DNA of 63,517 bases, filler included, from Malassezia furfur (lineage: Eukaryota): the NCBI GenBank assembly GCA_052055015.1. It is 8 parts of 8 records of this genome, joined end to end, with 100 filler letters (N's around TTAATTAATTAA, not from the genome) between each part and the next. Parts side by side here need not be neighbours in the genome. Positions count along the whole stretch, not along the records: positions 55,752 to 63,517 come from JBQJIT010000486.1; 7 more parts are not named here. One strand, written 5' to 3'. The notes below the pieces were generated by a model. That model searched no databases. It was not told the origin of the DNA and was given only the letters and a program-made list of their open reading frames with translations. Positions 60,440 through 63,517 of the stretch are shown piece after piece. The first letter of the stretch is position 1. Each line of letters begins with the position of its first letter. A program made the translations under genes and the position numbers.

Positions 60440-62238
60440 CTACACATTCGCGGTGGTCTGCAGGGCGTGCGTGGCATAGTAGCGCACGTCCGCGTCCCGG
60501 TCCTCGCTGAGGACTTGTAGGGCCGGGTTGATCTTGTCCTGGATGCTGCGCCGGCCCTCGGGTGTCTTGCTGAGCTCGGTCGAGAGCGCCTCGAAGGCCT
60601 TGGCGACGTTGAAGCGGATGTTGGGCACCGAGTCCTGCACCATGGGGAGCATGGTCGTCAGGACGCTGTTGAGGATCGTGTCCGTGTCCAGCGACGGCGC
60701 CATGGTCGTCACCGCAAAGATGGTCGTCATCCGGTAGAGGTAGTTGGGGTGCGTACTCATCTGCAGCACCTTGGGGATGATGGTGGTGCGCGCCCACTCC
60801 ACGCCGAACACCTCGGTGAGCTTTTTCAGGTTAATCGTCGCGGCCTCGCGGATGGAATAGACGGTGTCGCCCAGCCAGCTCATGCACAGGCTGCTCAGCT
60901 GCTCGTTAAAGAACTGCACGCCGAGCTGCAGCGCCAGGAGCGGGATGTTTTCAATGATCGCCTGGCGCACACGCCACTGCTTGTCCTCGGCAAGCTCCAT
61001 GATGGCGGGGAGCAGCGACTGGGACAGGAGGTCGATGCCGATCACCTCGTTCACCTGTTCGAGGCGCGAGATGATGTTGAGGCGCACGTCCGGGAACTCG
61101 TCCTTGAGCAGCTGCAGGAAGAGCGGCAAGAGGTGGTCGATCGTCGCGTCCTTGCCGAGGAGCGGCGCCAGCGCACTGATCTGCGCCGCAAGCGCTCCAC
61201 GCACGTGCTGCGACGGGTCGTCGGCGAGCTCCTTGGCGACCGGCATCAGGTGGTCCAAAATCGTCTGCTGGTCCATCAACTTGGCCAGGCCCGGCGTCTG
61301 GCTCGCGGCGGCCGTGCGCACCTCGGCCTCGGCGTCGCGCATGAGATTTACGTAGGCGGGCACGAGGTCCTCTTGGACCACCTTTTCGTTCACGGCCGAA
61401 GCCAGCTTCACAAAGTGGTCCGCGGCCATGTAGCGCACGCGCCAGCTCTTGTCCTGGAAGGCGGCGCGGATCGAGCCGAGCAGGAGCTGCTGCGTCTCGT
61501 TCTTATCGAGAACCTCGGCGATCGCCACGAGGTCCTGCACGGTGAGCAGGCGCACCGAGTCCTGCTCGTCGGTCGACAGGCGGCGGTATAGCGGAAGGAT
61601 ATCGGAGACGACCAGCTCCTTGGGCATCTGCTTCACCAGTGCGCTCATGTCGCGCGCGACGGCGCGGCGCACCATGGGCGTGTCGTCGTGGCACAGCATC
61701 GCAAACATGCCGAGCAGCTCGGCGCGCATCGTCGCCGGCACGCGGTCGTATACCGAGGCGAACAGCGAGGCGGCGCTCGTGCGCGACGTGAACCAGTCGC
61801 CGTTCGAGAGACGCTTGAGCAGCGGGAGGTAGTATTCCTGGACCTGCTGCTCGCTCAGCACCTTGGCGATCTTGTTGATCGACTCGCACGCCTGCGTGGG
61901 TCAGTGGGGCGGTGGGGACGCACCTTTTCGCGCACGACGGTCTCCTCGACGGTCGCCAGGTTTTCGAGCGGGCCAAGCAGCAGATGCGCATGCTGATTCC
62001 CGCCCAGGTATTCCGAAAAGTTGGCATCGAGCTCCTCGGCGAGCGCGAGCAGCACCTCGTCCTCGTCGTCGAGCGACTCGTGGAGGAAGGGGATCAACTC
62101 GTCGCGCGCACGCTCGGGGCCGAGCGCGAGGGCGATGGTCGAGATACGGTGGATCGAGTTGAGACGCAGCGTCACATCCTCAGACTTCAGCTCGTCGATT
62201 AAGATCGCGATGGGATACAACTGCTCGTCGTCTTCCAT
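60440..62238 (-). CDS. TPD3: PP2A scaffold subunit A (HEAT repeats); 32-nt intron 61892-61923
   Basis: [72 protein letters not shown]. Confidence 0.95.
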
Positions 62239-62308
62239 CGTGCTACCGCTGGTCGTCGGGGCGAGGCCGGCGGGAGACGTAAGCGCACGTGATTCGGACC
62301 CCACGTCG

Positions 62309-63517
62309 ATGCGCGGCGCCCCGGGGGGCGGCGCGTGGCGCGTGTACCTAACGAACGTGGACTATGTGCTGACGGCCCCGGCCCGCTACGACCGCGCGGA
62401 AAGCGCGTTTGCCACGCACAGGCGCCTTCCGCTCGTGCCGGTGCTGCGCGCATACGGCGCAACGCCGAGCGGCGAGCGCTGCTGCGTGCATGTGCACAAC
62501 GTCTTCCCCTACTGCTATGTGGAGTACACCGGCGCGCTCGTGCCCGACGCCGTGCTGCCGTACATCCAGGCGCTGGGGCATGCGCTGAACCGCGCGCTCG
62601 CCCACGCACTGCACCAGCCGTCGCGCGACGTGCAGCTCATCGCCGCCATCCACCTGTGCAAGGGCACGCCGTTCTACGGCTATGTGGAGGAGCAACACTA
62701 CTACCTCAAGATCTCGTACGTGGACCCCGCGCTGCGCACGCGCCTCGCCGCGCTGCTCGAGAGCGGCAAGGTGCTCGACACCGTGTTCCAGCCGATGGAG
62801 GCGCATGTCGCGTACCACCTGCAGTGGATGCTCGACTACAACCTGTCGGGGTGTGACTACATGGAGCTCGACACGCTCGTGCTCCGGGACGACGTGGGCC
62901 TGCCGCGCGACACCTACGCGGCGCTCGAGGGCGACGTCGGCGCACACCAGATCGTGAACCGGCGCCGCATGCGCGCCGCGTACGACATGCCCGGCGCCGC
63001 GCACACCGAGCCGCTCGTCCCGACGCTCCGTGGCCTGTGGGCCCAGGAACGCGCGCGGCGTGAGAAGCTCGGACTCGACCCGACGCCCGAGACGAGCCTG
63101 CCGCGCACGCAGGCACAGGCGTCCGATACCCCGTGGGTCGCGAGCGCGCGGCATGCCGAGCAGCTCGCGGCGCGCATTGACGCCGACGCCGCCGAAGAGA
63201 CGCGCACGGTGCCGGATATGGCGCAGTACGTGCTGGATATGTACGCCACGCCCGAGCTCTTCCACCCGCACGGCCTAGACGCTGTCGCGCCGCCCGACGC
63301 GTCCGGCGCCTCCGCCAAGATGTTCGATTTGGACCATGTGCAGAGCCAGGGCAGCCAGGGCGCCGAGGGCAGCCAGCCGAGCCTGGGCAGCCAACCGGCA
63401 GCAGCGCACGCGACCCAGATCGTGCTCGCGACGCCGCCGTCGTCGCCTCCACGTCCTGTGCCGCAGCCCGCCCGCTCGGCGCACGCGCCCCGCGCCGCGT
63501 CGCCGGCACCCATATGC
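62309..63517 (+). CDS. REV3: DNA polymerase zeta catalytic subunit, N-terminal part; runs off the window and is absent from the ORF track
   Basis: Manual translation: [71 protein letters not shown]. Confidence 0.87.
   Translation, partial: MRGAPGGGAWRVYLTNVDYVLTAPARYDRAESAFATHRRLPLVPVLRAYGATPSGERCCVHVHNVFPYCYVEYTGALVPDAVLPYIQALGHALNRALAHALHQPSRDVQLIAAIHLCKGTPFYGYVEEQHYYLKISYVDPALRTRLAALLESGKVLDTVFQPMEAHVAYHLQWMLDYNLSGCDYMELDTLVLRDDVGLPRDTYAALEGDVGAHQIVNRRRMRAAYDMPGAAHTEPLVPTLRGLWAQERARREKLGLDPTPETSLPRTQAQASDTPWVASARHAEQLAARIDADAAEETRTVPDMAQYVLDMYATPELFHPHGLDAVAPPDASGASAKMFDLDHVQSQGSQGAEGSQPSLGSQPAAAHATQIVLATPPSSPPRPVPQPARSAHAPRAASPAPIC

Overview
This window is not one locus. It is eight unlinked contigs of 7.77-7.95 kb, sorted by decreasing length and joined by artificial 100-nt N/TTAATTAATTAA/N spacers. 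Seven contigs are very GC-rich, very compact nuclear DNA of a basidiomycete yeast, most consistent with Malassezia (inference). They carry about 30 housekeeping genes: NOP13, kinesin-6, ICP55, IMP3, NAR1, TRP3-type GATase, ARP9-like, PCM1, MPDU1, an MFS transporter, eIF3h, an RRM protein, MRPS5, SEC8, a METTL21-type methyltransferase, ULP2-like, DHR2, HUL5, a DUF1752 protein, CBF1-like, TEL2, MET8, a Pil1-like BAR protein, MOT1, SKP1, RML2, ARG5,6, ERV29, PDR16-like, TPD3 and REV3. One contig (16073-23949) is AT-rich mitochondrial DNA with atp9, trnL(UAG), trnR(UCG) and about 6.6 kb of repeat-rich non-coding sequence, matching the large inverted repeat described for Malassezia mtDNA. The strongest signal is a miniature spliceosomal intron system. 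I resolved 27 introns by eye: median 25 nt, 13 of them 21-23 nt, with a dominant GTACGT donor, the branch point next to the 3' AG and no polypyrimidine tract. Other leads are a single 107-nt structured intron in ARG5,6, a structured element or uORF upstream of MOT1, divergent gene pairs whose start codons are only 27-98 nt apart, a frameshift in PCM1, and promoter-like blocks, loop-variable hairpins and a GC-skew switch in the mitochondrial non-coding region. All calls come from reading the sequence; no searches were run.
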